A program made the position numbers and the translations under genes. The notes under the pieces are model-generated. The model was not told the DNA's origin. It did no database searches and worked only from the letters and a program-made list of their open reading frames with translations. Of a DNA stretch of 38,458 bases, positions 1 to 9,249 are shown piece after piece; within the stretch, counting starts at the first letter, position 1, and each line of letters opens with the position of its first letter. The stretch spans positions 1 through 38,458 of the forward strand of contig RGYP01000001.1 in the NCBI GenBank assembly GCA_010031985.1. The letters run 5' to 3'. The stretch is from Gammaproteobacteria bacterium (GTDB taxonomy: Bacteria > Pseudomonadota > Gammaproteobacteria > Steroidobacterales > Steroidobacteraceae).

Positions 1-402
1 CGACGGGGGCGGCGCGGGCGCCGCAACGACAGCGCCGGCGGCGAGCGGCACCAATCGCCCGTCGATACGGGCTCCCAAGGCCATTTCGATCACGCCGTAA
101 CTCACGTCGCCGGTCACTCGAGCCTTGGCACCGAGTACGACCCGCTGCACCCCGCGAACGTTCCCGATCACTTCGCCGTTGATGACGGCGATCGAGACCT
201 CGACGTTGCCCTTGATCTGACCCGGCTCGCCGATCCAGAGCGTGGACGGCATGGAGCCGTCGACACCGTGGACGTGTCCCTGCAGGACACCATCGACGTG
301 AACGCCTCCGGTGAATTCGAGATCGCCACGCAACTGGGTTCCGCGACCGATCAGGGTGTCGATACGACCCGGCAAACGCGGGGCCTTGCGGCGTCCGAAC
401 AT
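1..402 (-). CDS. Bactofilin (polymer-forming cytoskeletal protein), first 134 codons; 3' end runs off the window
   Basis: Absent from the ORF track because it is open at the window edge. My translation of the minus strand from ATG (cat at 400-402) gives MFGRRKAPRLPGRIDTLIGRGTQLRGDLEFTGGVHVDGVLQGHV...GNVEVSIAVINGEVIGNVRGVQRVVLGAKARVTGDVSYGVIEMALGARIDG. This is the repetitive beta-helical pattern of bactofilins. The start lies 11 nt after the upstream gene's stop. Confidence 0.8.
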   Translation of the reverse strand, partial: MFGRRKAPRLPGRIDTLIGRGTQLRGDLEFTGGVHVDGVLQGHVHGVDGSMPSTLWIGEPGQIKGNVEVSIAVINGEVIGNVRGVQRVVLGAKARVTGDVSYGVIEMALGARIDGRLVPLAAGAVVAAPAPPPS

Positions 403-413
403 GATGATCCCCC

Positions 414-1121
414 TCAGGGTGGCCAGAGCACCGATTGAACCACGGCTCGCATCGCCCTGTCAGCCGGACGGATTTCGACCGTCAGCCGCTCGGGTGTGAC
501 CCCCGGGGGCAGTACGAGCTCGCGCTCGAGGTTCTCGAAGTAACGAAAACCGTAGGCGGTTTCGAAGAGCGGGTAGCGGGACGCACGCCCGGCGCGGGCA
601 CCCTCGAGGGTCACGATCACCATGCCCGACACCACGTTCTGAGGATTTCCGGGCTGCACCAACGACAGGCGCAGCAGCGGTCTCGAGCCGGCCCGCGAGT
701 TGTCGATGCGCAGGGTGCGGATAGCCACGTTAGCTGGCGCCTCGGTGGTTGCGACGATGCCCTTGTAGAACTCGAGTTGCTGCCGTTGGCGGGCCACTTC
801 GGCCTGCAACTCGCCGATGCTCTGCGCCAACTCTTGCCGTTCTCGATCCTGCGCGACTTTCAGGGTGTCGAGTTCGGCCACCTGCCTGCGCAAGTCAGTG
901 ATGATCACGTCGCGTTCATCGATCGCACGGCGCAAGGTGGCCATGTTGCTCAGCGGATTGGTGACGCCCACCCCGATGCCTGAACGCCCGAGTTCGAAGA
1001 GCCCCCAGCCGAGCAAGCCCAGCACCAGCACGCCGAACACCAAGAACATGCGCAGCCGCGATGGCCCGATGCCACGGATGACGATGAATGCCTGATCTTT
1101 GAAGGCCAAATCTTTGTTCAC
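414..1121 (-). CDS. Uncharacterised bitopic membrane protein with coiled coil, located upstream of bactofilin
   Basis: ORF 414..1253, trimmed to the in-frame GTG at 1121, which forms a GTGA overlap with the rppH stop (1118-1120). An ATG at 1145 is the alternative start. It has a single TM helix (FLVFGVLVLGLLGWGLF), a heptad-like segment (RRQVAELDTLKVAQDRERQELAQSIGELQAEVARQRQQLEFYKG) and a beta-rich C-terminal domain. I recognise no catalytic motif. Confidence 0.6.
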   Translation of the reverse strand: MNKDLAFKDQAFIVIRGIGPSRLRMFLVFGVLVLGLLGWGLFELGRSGIGVGVTNPLSNMATLRRAIDERDVIITDLRRQVAELDTLKVAQDRERQELAQSIGELQAEVARQRQQLEFYKGIVATTEAPANVAIRTLRIDNSRAGSRPLLRLSLVQPGNPQNVVSGMVIVTLEGARAGRASRYPLFETAYGFRYFENLERELVLPPGVTPERLTVEIRPADRAMRAVVQSVLWPP

Positions 1122-1648
1122 GAGCTTGCCATCTCGTCCCACCATTCGGGGTAGGGCGGCAATCCGGCGGGGAATGCGAACTGACCGAGTTCGTGCAGCG
1201 CACGACGATACACGGGTCGCTTGAAATGGATGACTTCGCGAACGGGCTCCCACCAGTCCGACCAGCGCCAGCCGCAGAATTCAGGCTCGTCGGTCTGGTC
1301 GAAGCGCACGGGCGGCGCATCGGTGAGACTCTCGAGCAGATACCAACGCTGTTTCTGCCCGATGCAGAGCGGCAACTGATCGCGACGCTGATAGCGCGGC
1401 GGCAAGCGGTAACGCAGCCAGCGCCGAGTCACGCCGACGATGCGCACGTCCTCGGGTGCGAGGCCGATTTCTTCGGCGAGCTCACGGAACATCCCCTGCT
1501 CCACCGATTCGCCGATACGCAAGCCGCCCTGCGGAAACTGCCAGCCCTTGCCGCCTGCGCGTTTGCCCAAGAAAACCCGACCGTCTGCCTGCATCAGCAC
1601 GATGCCGACGTTGGCGCGAAAACCGTCACGATCGATCAGGTCGGTCAT
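1118..1648 (-). CDS. rppH: RNA pyrophosphohydrolase (Nudix hydrolase RppH/NudH)
   Basis: Nudix box GGLRIGESVEQGMFRELAEEIGL and an N-terminus FRANVGIVLMQADGRVFLGKR typical of RppH. Confidence 0.9.
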   Translation of the reverse strand: MTDLIDRDGFRANVGIVLMQADGRVFLGKRAGGKGWQFPQGGLRIGESVEQGMFRELAEEIGLAPEDVRIVGVTRRWLRYRLPPRYQRRDQLPLCIGQKQRWYLLESLTDAPPVRFDQTDEPEFCGWRWSDWWEPVREVIHFKRPVYRRALHELGQFAFPAGLPPYPEWWDEMASS

Positions 1649-1663
1649 GGCCGGGAGCGAGTC

Positions 1664-2776
1664 TCAGGCGCGACGCGCCGTCATCGATTTGCGATCCTCG
1701 AGATACTCGCGACCGCGTTCCATCAGTGCGGCGAAGGTGGCCGCGTCGCGCGAAAGCACCGTACGACGCAGGGTTTCGACGGCCTTGGCGAGCGCCTCGA
1801 GGGACTCAGCGCCGTAATCATTGAGTGCCTGGATTTCGTAGTAGAGCTGGGGGCTCTCCTGCGCAACGCGGCTTGCCACGTCGAGCTGGGCGTCAAAAGT
1901 GGTGCTCGAAAGTTTGGCCAGACGCGGCGCCGCCTCGCCACTCTCGGCGAGTGCAGTGAAGAAAGAAATATTGAGTGCATGCGAGAGCCCGAGCACGTAG
2001 GCGATCAGGCGATCATGCTCGTCGAGCGACATCACCACCTGCTCGACCATCGTCGGCGCAAAGAGTTCGCGCGCCTTGGCAAGCGCCTCTTCGTGACCAA
2101 GATCGACGAAGATGACGTGTCGGCCCGACAACAATTCGGTGTCGGGACCGAACATCGGATGTACCGAGGTCACGCGACAGCCGTGCGACTTGAGCGCCAT
2201 CAGTCCGCCACGCAGCGGCGACTTCAGGGAGCCGACGTCGAAGATCACGCCGCCGGGCCTACGCATCGCCAACTCGCGCAGGACGGCGTCGGTTTGTCCG
2301 AGAGGCGTGGCAACGACGATGAAGTCCTGCTGCAAACTGTCTTGCCGATAGTCGCCGACATCGCGGGTCCCTGCGGGCGCACCCGCCGGATCGCTCACCT
2401 CGACCTCGAAACCCTGCGAGGCGAGGAAGTCGACGAACCAGCCGCCGAGCTTGCCCGCGCCACCGATGACGAGCGCGCGGCGGCCGCTGCCGTGCCCGCG
2501 GGCGGCCACGCTCGAACGCTCCTGCGTCGCGAGCGAACTGCGGATGAGCATGCGCATCAGGTCTTCGGCGATGTGCGCCGGCACGCCTCGACTCTCGGCC
2601 AAGGCGCGCGCACCGACGATCACCTCACGCTCGCGACCGTAGTCGCGAGTCGGATGCCCGGTGGAGCGCTTGACGCGGGCGATCTCGCCGCTCGTGCGCT
2701 GTCGATCGGCGATCAGCTCGATGAGCTGCCGGTCGATGTCATCGAGGTGTTTGCGGAGTTCTTCGAGGGTCGCCAT
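1664..2776 (-). CDS. tyrA: Bifunctional chorismate mutase / prephenate dehydrogenase (T-protein type)
   Basis: ORF 1664..2839, trimmed to the ATG at 2776 (MATLEELRK). Chorismate mutase helix [25 protein letters not shown] is followed by the Rossmann motif [14 protein letters not shown] of prephenate dehydrogenase. Confidence 0.85.
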   Translation of the reverse strand: MATLEELRKHLDDIDRQLIELIADRQRTSGEIARVKRSTGHPTRDYGREREVIVGARALAESRGVPAHIAEDLMRMLIRSSLATQERSSVAARGHGSGRRALVIGGAGKLGGWFVDFLASQGFEVEVSDPAGAPAGTRDVGDYRQDSLQQDFIVVATPLGQTDAVLRELAMRRPGGVIFDVGSLKSPLRGGLMALKSHGCRVTSVHPMFGPDTELLSGRHVIFVDLGHEEALAKARELFAPTMVEQVVMSLDEHDRLIAYVLGLSHALNISFFTALAESGEAAPRLAKLSSTTFDAQLDVASRVAQESPQLYYEIQALNDYGAESLEALAKAVETLRRTVLSRDAATFAALMERGREYLEDRKSMTARRA

Positions 2777-2861
2777 GTTCCAAGGCTCGTTTCGGGCGCA
2801 GACTCCTGCGCAGCCACTTACTATAGCCGTGCGGCACAAGCCGACGCGCTAAGATTCGGCC

Positions 2862-3566
2862 ATGCCCGTACCCGTCCAGTTCCTGCCTGATCCCCTGCCG
2901 GTCGAGCCGCTCGCCATGGCCGCCGGTTGGCTCGAGCTCGCGCGCTCGCGGCGCGATCAGCCGAACCCCAATGCCATGGTCGTCGCCAGCGTCGGCGCCG
3001 AGGGTCAACCGTCGGCCCGCGTCGTGCTCTGCAAGGAAATCGTGGTCGACCCCGGATACATCAGCTTCTTCACCAATTACGAGTCGCGCAAGGGCCGCGA
3101 ACTGGAGGCCCACCCGCGCGTGGCGCTCGTCATGCATTGGGACCACCTCTATCGGCAGGTGCGCATCGAGGGTCGCGTGGTGCGCGCACCGGCGGCCGAG
3201 AGCGATGCGTACTTCCGCACTCGCCCCTGGCAGCGGCGCGTAGGCGCCTGGGCGAGCGCGCAGAGCTCGCCCGTCGGGTCGCGCGCGGAGTTGGAAGCCG
3301 CGGTCGTTGCGGTGGCACGTCGCTTCGACGTACCCGTCCCCGGCCCCGAGGACGCGCCCGCTCCACCAGGACTCGGCGACCACATTCCGCGGCCGCCCAA
3401 CTGGGGCGGTTATCACGTTTACGCCGAAGCGGTCGAGCTTTGGGTCGAGGGTGAGTCGCGAATTCACGATCGCGCGCGCTGGTCGCGCACGCTGATCGCG
3501 GGCCACCACCCTGCCGAGCCGCCGCGCGTCGGCGGTGCGTGGCAGGTCACTCGATTGCAGCCCTGA
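2862..3566 (+). CDS. pdxH: Pyridoxamine 5'-phosphate oxidase
   Basis: SARVVLCKEI..GYISFFTNYESRKGRELEAHPRVALVMHW..LYRQVRIEG...YFRTRPWQRRVGAWAS and the C-terminal NWGGY..ELW...RIHDR motif. Confidence 0.9.
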   Translation: MPVPVQFLPDPLPVEPLAMAAGWLELARSRRDQPNPNAMVVASVGAEGQPSARVVLCKEIVVDPGYISFFTNYESRKGRELEAHPRVALVMHWDHLYRQVRIEGRVVRAPAAESDAYFRTRPWQRRVGAWASAQSSPVGSRAELEAAVVAVARRFDVPVPGPEDAPAPPGLGDHIPRPPNWGGYHVYAEAVELWVEGESRIHDRARWSRTLIAGHHPAEPPRVGGAWQVTRLQP

Positions 3567-3578
3567 TCGGTACTCGCC

Positions 3579-4340
3579 TCAGGCGAGCGCTGCGAGCAGC
3601 ACGTCGTGCAAGGCGCCGTTGCTCGCGAGCACCGACGTGGTCGTCAGATCGACTGCCCGGCCGTCCAAGTCGGTGAAGCGACCGCCCGCCTCCTCGACGA
3701 TGACCGTGAGTGCAGCGATGTCCAGAATGTTGACGTCGGACTCGATCACGGCATCGAGCGCGCCACGGGCCAGCAAGTGGTAATGCACGAAATCGCCGTA
3801 GCCGCGGATGCGATTGACCCGCGTCACGAGCTCGCCGTAGCGGGCCCAGCGCAGTCCCGAGGCCAGCGTTTTCAAATTGCCGCTCGAGACGATCGCCGCG
3901 TCGAGGCGATCGATGCCGCTGACGCGGATGCGCTGCTGGCCAAGCCACGCGCCCTCGCCCCGCTCCGCCCACGCAAATTCGCCGTAGGCGGGCGCGGACG
4001 ACACGCCGAGCACCATTCGACCACCGCGCTGCAGCGCAATTTGGGTCGAGAAAAAAGGGCACTCGCGCACAAAGGACTTGGTGCCATCGATCGGATCGAC
4101 GAGCCAAACGCTCTCGGCACCCATGGCGTGCTGCCCGGTTTCTTCGCCAAAAAAACCGTAGCTCGGAAAATGACGCGACAAGACCTCGCGAATGACTTCC
4201 TCGGCTTTGACATCGGCCTCGGTGACCGGCGATTTGTCGGCTTTGGTGACGACCGCGAGGTTGCGCTGATAGAGCTCGCGAATCACGCGCGCTGCGGCTT
4301 CGGCGGCTTCGATGGCGACCTTCAGTTCGGCGGATGGCAC
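3579..4340 (-). CDS. Inositol monophosphatase family protein (possibly a histidinol-phosphatase type)
   Basis: IMPase signatures SPVTEADVKAEEVI, FFGEETG and WLVDPIDGTKSFV. Substrate cannot be assigned from sequence alone. Confidence 0.8.
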   Translation of the reverse strand: MPSAELKVAIEAAEAAARVIRELYQRNLAVVTKADKSPVTEADVKAEEVIREVLSRHFPSYGFFGEETGQHAMGAESVWLVDPIDGTKSFVRECPFFSTQIALQRGGRMVLGVSSAPAYGEFAWAERGEGAWLGQQRIRVSGIDRLDAAIVSSGNLKTLASGLRWARYGELVTRVNRIRGYGDFVHYHLLARGALDAVIESDVNILDIAALTVIVEEAGGRFTDLDGRAVDLTTTSVLASNGALHDVLLAALA

Positions 4341-4386
4341 GAATTGCCCTCGGGGTCAGTGATGACGGAGTGGTATCTTAAACGCC

Positions 4387-4947
4387 ATGGGAAACAGGCT
4401 TAGCAAGATCTATACGCGAACTGGCGACGATGGCTCCACGGGACTCGGCGACGGCAGTCGAGTGCGCAAGGATGATGCCCGGGTCGAGGCCTATGGCACG
4501 GTGGACGAGGCGAACAGCGCCGTCGGCGTGATTCTCGCCGTGCCCGGCCTGCCCGCGGCCGTCGCGGAGTGCCTGATCGCCGTTCAGCACGATCTTTTCG
4601 ATCTCGGCGGCGAGCTCTGCATTCCGGGCATGACACTCATCAAGCCGGAGCAGATCGAACAACTCGAGTCTCAGCTCGATGGCTTCAACGATCCGCTGCC
4701 GCCGCTCAAGGAATTCATTCTGCCGGGCGGTGGTCCCGCTGCCGCAGCCTGTCATCTCGCACGCACCATCGTCAGGCGCGCCGAGCGTCGCGTCTGGACG
4801 CTCTCGACCGAAACCACGGTGAGCCCGGACGCCGCGCGCTATCTCAATCGGCTCTCGGACCTGCTGTTCGTGATCGCGCGCGTGCTCGCGCGCCACGAAA
4901 ACGGCAGCGAGGTGGTTTGGAATCGAAATCGCCGCGGCGCGCCCTGA
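4387..4947 (+). CDS. PduO-type ATP:cob(I)alamin adenosyltransferase
   Basis: N-terminus KIYTRTGDDGSTGLGDGSRVRKDDARVEAYGTVDEANS plus FILPGG and LARTIVRRAER, as in MMAB/PduO-type adenosyltransferases. Confidence 0.85.
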   Translation: MGNRLSKIYTRTGDDGSTGLGDGSRVRKDDARVEAYGTVDEANSAVGVILAVPGLPAAVAECLIAVQHDLFDLGGELCIPGMTLIKPEQIEQLESQLDGFNDPLPPLKEFILPGGGPAAAACHLARTIVRRAERRVWTLSTETTVSPDAARYLNRLSDLLFVIARVLARHENGSEVVWNRNRRGAP

Positions 4948-4948
4948 C

Positions 4949-6382
4949 TCAGTCCTTGCTGGCGAGCACCCGCTCGTCGACCTCGCTGCGGATCTGCGTG
5001 CCGATCAAGATCGACAGCAATAGCGCGCAGGCCAGGCCGATGAACGGCACCTGATAGCTGCCGTAGGCGTCGAACAGTTTGCCGGTGATCCAGCTGCCAA
5101 GACCGACGCCGATCGACTCGAGAAAACTGATCGAGCCATTGATGCGGCCGATCTCGCGCAAGCCGAAATTGTTGACGGCCAGCATGTTGTAGAGCGTGAA
5201 CAAGCCGCCCCAACCGAGCCCAATGACCACCGCCGAGATCACCACCCATTCGCGCTTCATGCTCGCGAGTCCAACGAGGCCGATGAACATGATCACGAGA
5301 CAGGTCATGAATACTTTGTGCCGATCGATGCGATCGGCGATCGCACCGTTGGCGAGCTTGGCCACCATGGCAACGAGACTGAATAGAAAAAGCTGCAGGC
5401 CCGCTTCTTTAAGCGTGAAGCCGAAACCCTTGTTGAGATGCAGCACGTAGTGCTGCACGAACGAGAAGATCGCGTAGTAACTCAGGAAGCCCGACAGACC
5501 GATCGCCCAGAACGTGCGGGTGCGGATTGCTTGCTGAAAAGTCAGGCCGTGCTGCTTGAGATCGCCGAGCGCCTCGTTTTGTCCTACGGCTTTGTAGCCT
5601 GCTTGAGCCGGCGTGCCGCGAATGACGAGCACGATCAACGCCAGCAGGACGACAGGCATCAGCGCGTTGTAGAGATAAGCCTGTCGCCAACCGAAGGCCT
5701 CGATCAGGTACGGGTTCACGAACGGCAACACGGCGCTGCCGAGACTGGTGCCGACGAGCGCGATGCCGATCGCAAGCCCGCGATATTTCACGAACCAGCT
5801 CGAGACGAGGTAGATCACGGTCATCGAACCTGCGGTCGACAACGCGAGCGAGAACATGAGGTGGATGAGGTAGACCTGCTTGAGGGCGACGCCCATCCAG
5901 TTCTCGACGTACAGCCAAAGACCGAGCGCCGCGAGCACGAGCGCGATGAGCACGGCGGCCGCACGACCGAGCCCTGGCGCGAGCGAACCGAGCGCCACCA
6001 CCACGACGCCCGCGAGGCCGAGCGCCGTAACCACGGCAATCGCCTCGATCACCGGCACCGGGCCACCGTTGGCGATCATGCTGTAGCCGACGTAGCCGAG
6101 CGTGAGCAGGCCGCACCCGGTCATCAACAAGTAACGCGGATTGACCCGATCGATGAGGATGCCGACGAAGGGCGAGATGGTCGCGGTCAAGGCAAAGTTC
6201 AGAAAGTCGCGGAATTTGAAATCGCCGCGCGACCAGCCGAATTCGTCGAGCAGCGAAGGATCGAAGATGGTGATGCCGGTCGCCGTCATGCCGTTCGACA
6301 GAAACAGCGCCAGCATGCCCATCACGGCAACGGCCCACGGGTAGTATTTGGGCGCTTCGCGCCCGGCACTTGGCTGGTTCAT
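4949..6382 (-). CDS. MFS transporter, substrate unknown
   Basis: ORF 4949..6433, trimmed to the ATG at 6382 (MNQPSAGREAPKYYPW...). About 12 hydrophobic helices in two bundles separated by a central loop. The stop lies 1 nt from the convergent pduO-type gene's stop. Confidence 0.75.
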   Translation of the reverse strand: MNQPSAGREAPKYYPWAVAVMGMLALFLSNGMTATGITIFDPSLLDEFGWSRGDFKFRDFLNFALTATISPFVGILIDRVNPRYLLMTGCGLLTLGYVGYSMIANGGPVPVIEAIAVVTALGLAGVVVVALGSLAPGLGRAAAVLIALVLAALGLWLYVENWMGVALKQVYLIHLMFSLALSTAGSMTVIYLVSSWFVKYRGLAIGIALVGTSLGSAVLPFVNPYLIEAFGWRQAYLYNALMPVVLLALIVLVIRGTPAQAGYKAVGQNEALGDLKQHGLTFQQAIRTRTFWAIGLSGFLSYYAIFSFVQHYVLHLNKGFGFTLKEAGLQLFLFSLVAMVAKLANGAIADRIDRHKVFMTCLVIMFIGLVGLASMKREWVVISAVVIGLGWGGLFTLYNMLAVNNFGLREIGRINGSISFLESIGVGLGSWITGKLFDAYGSYQVPFIGLACALLLSILIGTQIRSEVDERVLASKD

Positions 6383-6468
6383 GATGCGTGACCCCCTGCG
6401 ATCGAGCCCGGCGATCGATGATACACGGCACACCCTCGCGAGCGCTGGGATCGTGCCAAAATGTGGTC

Positions 6469-7839
6469 ATGCGCCCGTACTCGAACGCTGGGCTGCGCGC
6501 CCTCGATCTCGCGCACGTCTGGCACCCCTGCACGCAAATGAAGGACCACGAGTCGACCATGCCGCTCGTGCCGATCCGTTCGGGTAGCGGCGTCTGGCTC
6601 AAGGATCACGACGGACACATGTACCTCGATGCCATCAGCTCGTGGTGGGTCAATCTCTGGGGTCATGCCCATCCGCACATCAACGCGGCTGTGCAGGAGC
6701 AACTGCATCGCCTACCCCATGTGATGTTCGCCGGCTTCACGCACGAGCCTGCAGCTCGGCTCGCGGCGGAGCTCACGGCGCTCGCACCCCAAGGACTCAG
6801 CCGCTGTTTCTTCGCCGATAGCGGCTCGGCCTCGATCGAGGTCGCGGTGAAGATGAGTTTTCACTACTGGCAAAACGTCGGTCGCGCCGGCAAGACCCGC
6901 TTCGTCACGCTCGCCAACAGCTATCACGGCGAGACGCTGGGTGCGCTCGCGGTGGGCAGCGTCGAGCTCTACAAAGCGATCTACCGTCCGCTGCTCATGG
7001 ACGTGATCACCGTCGCCTCGCCCGATGCCTCGGACGGTGAAGCGGGCGAGACCGCCGCCGATATCGCGCGGCGTCGTGCGGCCGAACTCGAGGCCGTGCT
7101 CGCCGAGCAGGCCGACGCCATCGCTGCGGTCATCCTCGAGCCGCTGGTGCAATGCGCCGGCAACATGCGCATGCATGATCCGCTCTACTTGAAACTCGTG
7201 CGCGAGGCCTGCGATCGCTACGAGGTACATCTGATCGCCGACGAGATCGCCGTGGGTTTTGGTCGCACGGGAACGCTCTTCGCCTGCGAGCAAGCCGGCA
7301 TAACGCCTGATTTTCTTTGTTTGTCGAAGGGGCTCACCGCCGGCTACCTGCCGATGTCGGTGGTGCTGACTCGCGAGTCGACCTATGCGGCTTTTTACGA
7401 CGAATACGTCAAGCTCAACGCTTTTCTGCACTCCCACAGCTACTCGGGAAATCCGCTGGCCTGCGCTGCGGCGCTGGCGTCGCTCGAGTTGTTTCGCGAG
7501 CGCAATGCGCTCGCGGCCAACGAGCGGCTTGCGGCACATCTCGGCGCGGCCACGCGCAGCGCTTTCGCAGATCACCCGAACGTGGCGCAAATCAGGCAGT
7601 GCGGCATGATCGTCGCGGTGGAATTCGCGCGCGATCGGCAAGCCAGACTGAACTTTGACTGGCGCGAACGACGACATCTGCACATCTATCGGCATGCACT
7701 GCAACGCGGCGTATTGCTGCGCCCCTTGGGCAACGTCATCTACTTCATGCCCCCCTACGTGATCACCCCCGCCGAGATCGATCTCATGGTCGCCGTGGCG
7801 CGCGAGGGTCTCGACATCGCCGTGAGCGCTTCGGCATGA
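6469..7839 (+). CDS. bioA: Adenosylmethionine-8-amino-7-oxononanoate aminotransferase
   Basis: ORF 6388..7839, trimmed to the ATG at 6469 (MRPYSNAGL). Motifs VWHPCTQMKDH, ISSWWVNLWGH, LIADEIAVGFGRTG and HSYSGNPLACAAALASLEL. Confidence 0.9.
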   Translation: MRPYSNAGLRALDLAHVWHPCTQMKDHESTMPLVPIRSGSGVWLKDHDGHMYLDAISSWWVNLWGHAHPHINAAVQEQLHRLPHVMFAGFTHEPAARLAAELTALAPQGLSRCFFADSGSASIEVAVKMSFHYWQNVGRAGKTRFVTLANSYHGETLGALAVGSVELYKAIYRPLLMDVITVASPDASDGEAGETAADIARRRAAELEAVLAEQADAIAAVILEPLVQCAGNMRMHDPLYLKLVREACDRYEVHLIADEIAVGFGRTGTLFACEQAGITPDFLCLSKGLTAGYLPMSVVLTRESTYAAFYDEYVKLNAFLHSHSYSGNPLACAAALASLELFRERNALAANERLAAHLGAATRSAFADHPNVAQIRQCGMIVAVEFARDRQARLNFDWRERRHLHIYRHALQRGVLLRPLGNVIYFMPPYVITPAEIDLMVAVAREGLDIAVSASA

Positions 7840-8250
7840 GGAACATCCGCGTTTACCTCGAAGCGCCCCTCGCGAGTGCACTCGCGCACGGCCGCAAACT
7901 CGCCCTGCCCGCGCCGGCCGCGCAACACGTGATCAAAGTTTTGCGTCTGCGCAGTGGGACTGCGATCACGATCTTCGACGGGCGTGGTGGCGAGTATCGC
8001 GCCCGGCTCGAAATCGCGGGTCGAGGCGAGGCCTGGGTCGAATTGGAGGAGCACCTGCCCATCGAGCGCGAATCACCCCTCCAGATCACGCTGCTACAAG
8101 GCTTGTCGCGCGGCGAGCGCATGGATTGGGTGATGCAGAAAGCGACCGAACTCGGCGTGCAGCGCATCGTGCCGGTCGGCACCGCACGCAGCGTGGTGCA
8201 ACTCGATGCCGACCGGGGCGACAAGCGTAGCGCCCATTGGCGGATTTGTC
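7836..8250 (+). pseudogene. rsmE: 16S rRNA (uracil1498-N3)-methyltransferase RsmE, truncated. Only the N-terminal ~135 codons show homology.
   Basis: The ATG at 7836 overlaps the bioA stop (ATGA). Residues 1 to ~135 align to RsmE (PUA-like domain, then ITLLQGLSRGERMDWVMQKATELGVQRIVPV...VQLDADRGDKRSAHWR). After ~8243 the frame reads Arg-rich nonsense, which is gshB read out of frame up to 8885. There is no room for the SPOUT knot / SAM-binding C-terminal half. Confidence 0.6.
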
Positions 8251-9249
8251 ATGACTTCCCGACCGACGCTCGCCGTGGTGATGGACCCGATCGCGGACAT
8301 CAAGTTCGCGAAGGACTCGACGCTCGCAATGCTTTGGGCCGCTGCGGCCGACGGCTTCGACCTGCTTTATTTCGAGCTCGGCGACCTGTGGTTGCGCGAC
8401 GGCGTCGCCTGTGGTCGCGCCCGGCCGCTCAAAGTATTCAAGGACCCCGCGCGTTGGTACGAGCTCGGCGAACCGAGAACGGTTCGTCTTGGCGACATCG
8501 ACGTCATCCTGATGCGCAAAGACCCGCCGTTCGACACCGAGTACATTTACAGCACCTACATTCTCGAACGTGCCGAGGATCAGGGCGCGATGGTGGTCAA
8601 CCGTCCGCGCGGCCTGCGCGACATGAACGAGAAGGTCTATACGGCTTGGTTCCCGCAGTGCTGCGCAGCGACCTTGATCACCCGCGACATGACGGACATG
8701 CATGCCTTCTTGGGCGAGCACGGGAAAATCGTCTGCAAACCGCTGCATGGCATGGGCGGTCGCTCGATTTTCGTGATCGAGCACGGCGACAAAAACGCCA
8801 ACGTGATCTTCGAAACCCTCACCGATTACGGCTCACGGTTTGCAATCGTGCAGCGCTACCTGCCGGAGATCGTCACCGGTGGTGATTCGCGCGTGCTGCT
8901 GGTCGATGGCGAGCCCATGCCGTTCGCGCTCGCGCGCATCCCGAGCAGCAGCGACAACCGCGGCAATCTCGCCGCCGGCGCGACCGGCGTCGGCCGCCCA
9001 CTGACCGAGCGCGACCGTTTCCTTGCCGCACAGATTGGTCCGCGACTCGCCGAGCAGGGCATGCTGTTCGTCGGTCTCGACGTGATCGGTGATTACGTCA
9101 CCGAGATCAACGTCACGAGTCCGACGGGCATCCGCGAACTCGACAAACAATTCGGCATCGATATCGCCGCTGCACTGATCGCTTCGATCCGACGTCGGCT
9201 CGAGGCAGCGAGCGCAGGAGCGGCAAACCGGGGGGCAACGACCACATGA
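8251..9249 (+). CDS. gshB: Glutathione synthetase
   Basis: ORF 8206..9249, trimmed to the ATG at 8251 (MTSRPTLAVVMDPI). Motifs MRKDPPFDTEYIYSTYILE, VCKPLHGMGGRSIF and the ATP-grasp tail GLDVIGDYVTEINVTSPTG. Confidence 0.9.
   Translation: MTSRPTLAVVMDPIADIKFAKDSTLAMLWAAAADGFDLLYFELGDLWLRDGVACGRARPLKVFKDPARWYELGEPRTVRLGDIDVILMRKDPPFDTEYIYSTYILERAEDQGAMVVNRPRGLRDMNEKVYTAWFPQCCAATLITRDMTDMHAFLGEHGKIVCKPLHGMGGRSIFVIEHGDKNANVIFETLTDYGSRFAIVQRYLPEIVTGGDSRVLLVDGEPMPFALARIPSSSDNRGNLAAGATGVGRPLTERDRFLAAQIGPRLAEQGMLFVGLDVIGDYVTEINVTSPTGIRELDKQFGIDIAAALIASIRRRLEAASAGAANRGATTT

Noticed and set aside
2796-2811. Inverted repeat GCGCAG-ACTC-CTGCGC between tyrA and pdxH
   Set aside because: Six-bp GC-rich arms carry little information in this genome. 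It shows no similarity to TyrR or other boxes I know.
1193-2890. 565-aa ORF on the plus strand spanning the rppH and tyrA loci
   Set aside because: It lies antisense to two genes with clear Nudix and chorismate mutase / prephenate dehydrogenase motifs. Its translation is Arg/Ala/His-rich with no recognisable domain. Long stop-free antisense frames are expected in GC-rich DNA.
6398-6418. Direct repeat GCGATCGA-N5-GCGATCGA in the MFS<>bioA divergent region, considered as a BirA/bio operator
   Set aside because: It does not resemble the known BirA operator (TTGTAAACC...GGTTTACAA type). The 8-mers are GC-rich and could recur by chance. I could not support it further without comparative data.
5409-6602. 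397-aa and 317-aa ORFs overlapping the MFS transporter gene in other frames
   Set aside because: Only the 4949..6382 frame gives about 12 hydrophobic helices. The others are highly charged Arg-rich sequences.
7836-8885. Reading the 349-aa ORF as an intact, unusually long RsmE or an RsmE fusion protein
   Set aside because: Beyond ~8243 the frame is simply gshB read out of frame (RRGDGPDRGHQVREGLDARN...), with no SPOUT motifs. I treat it as a truncation and not a novel fusion.
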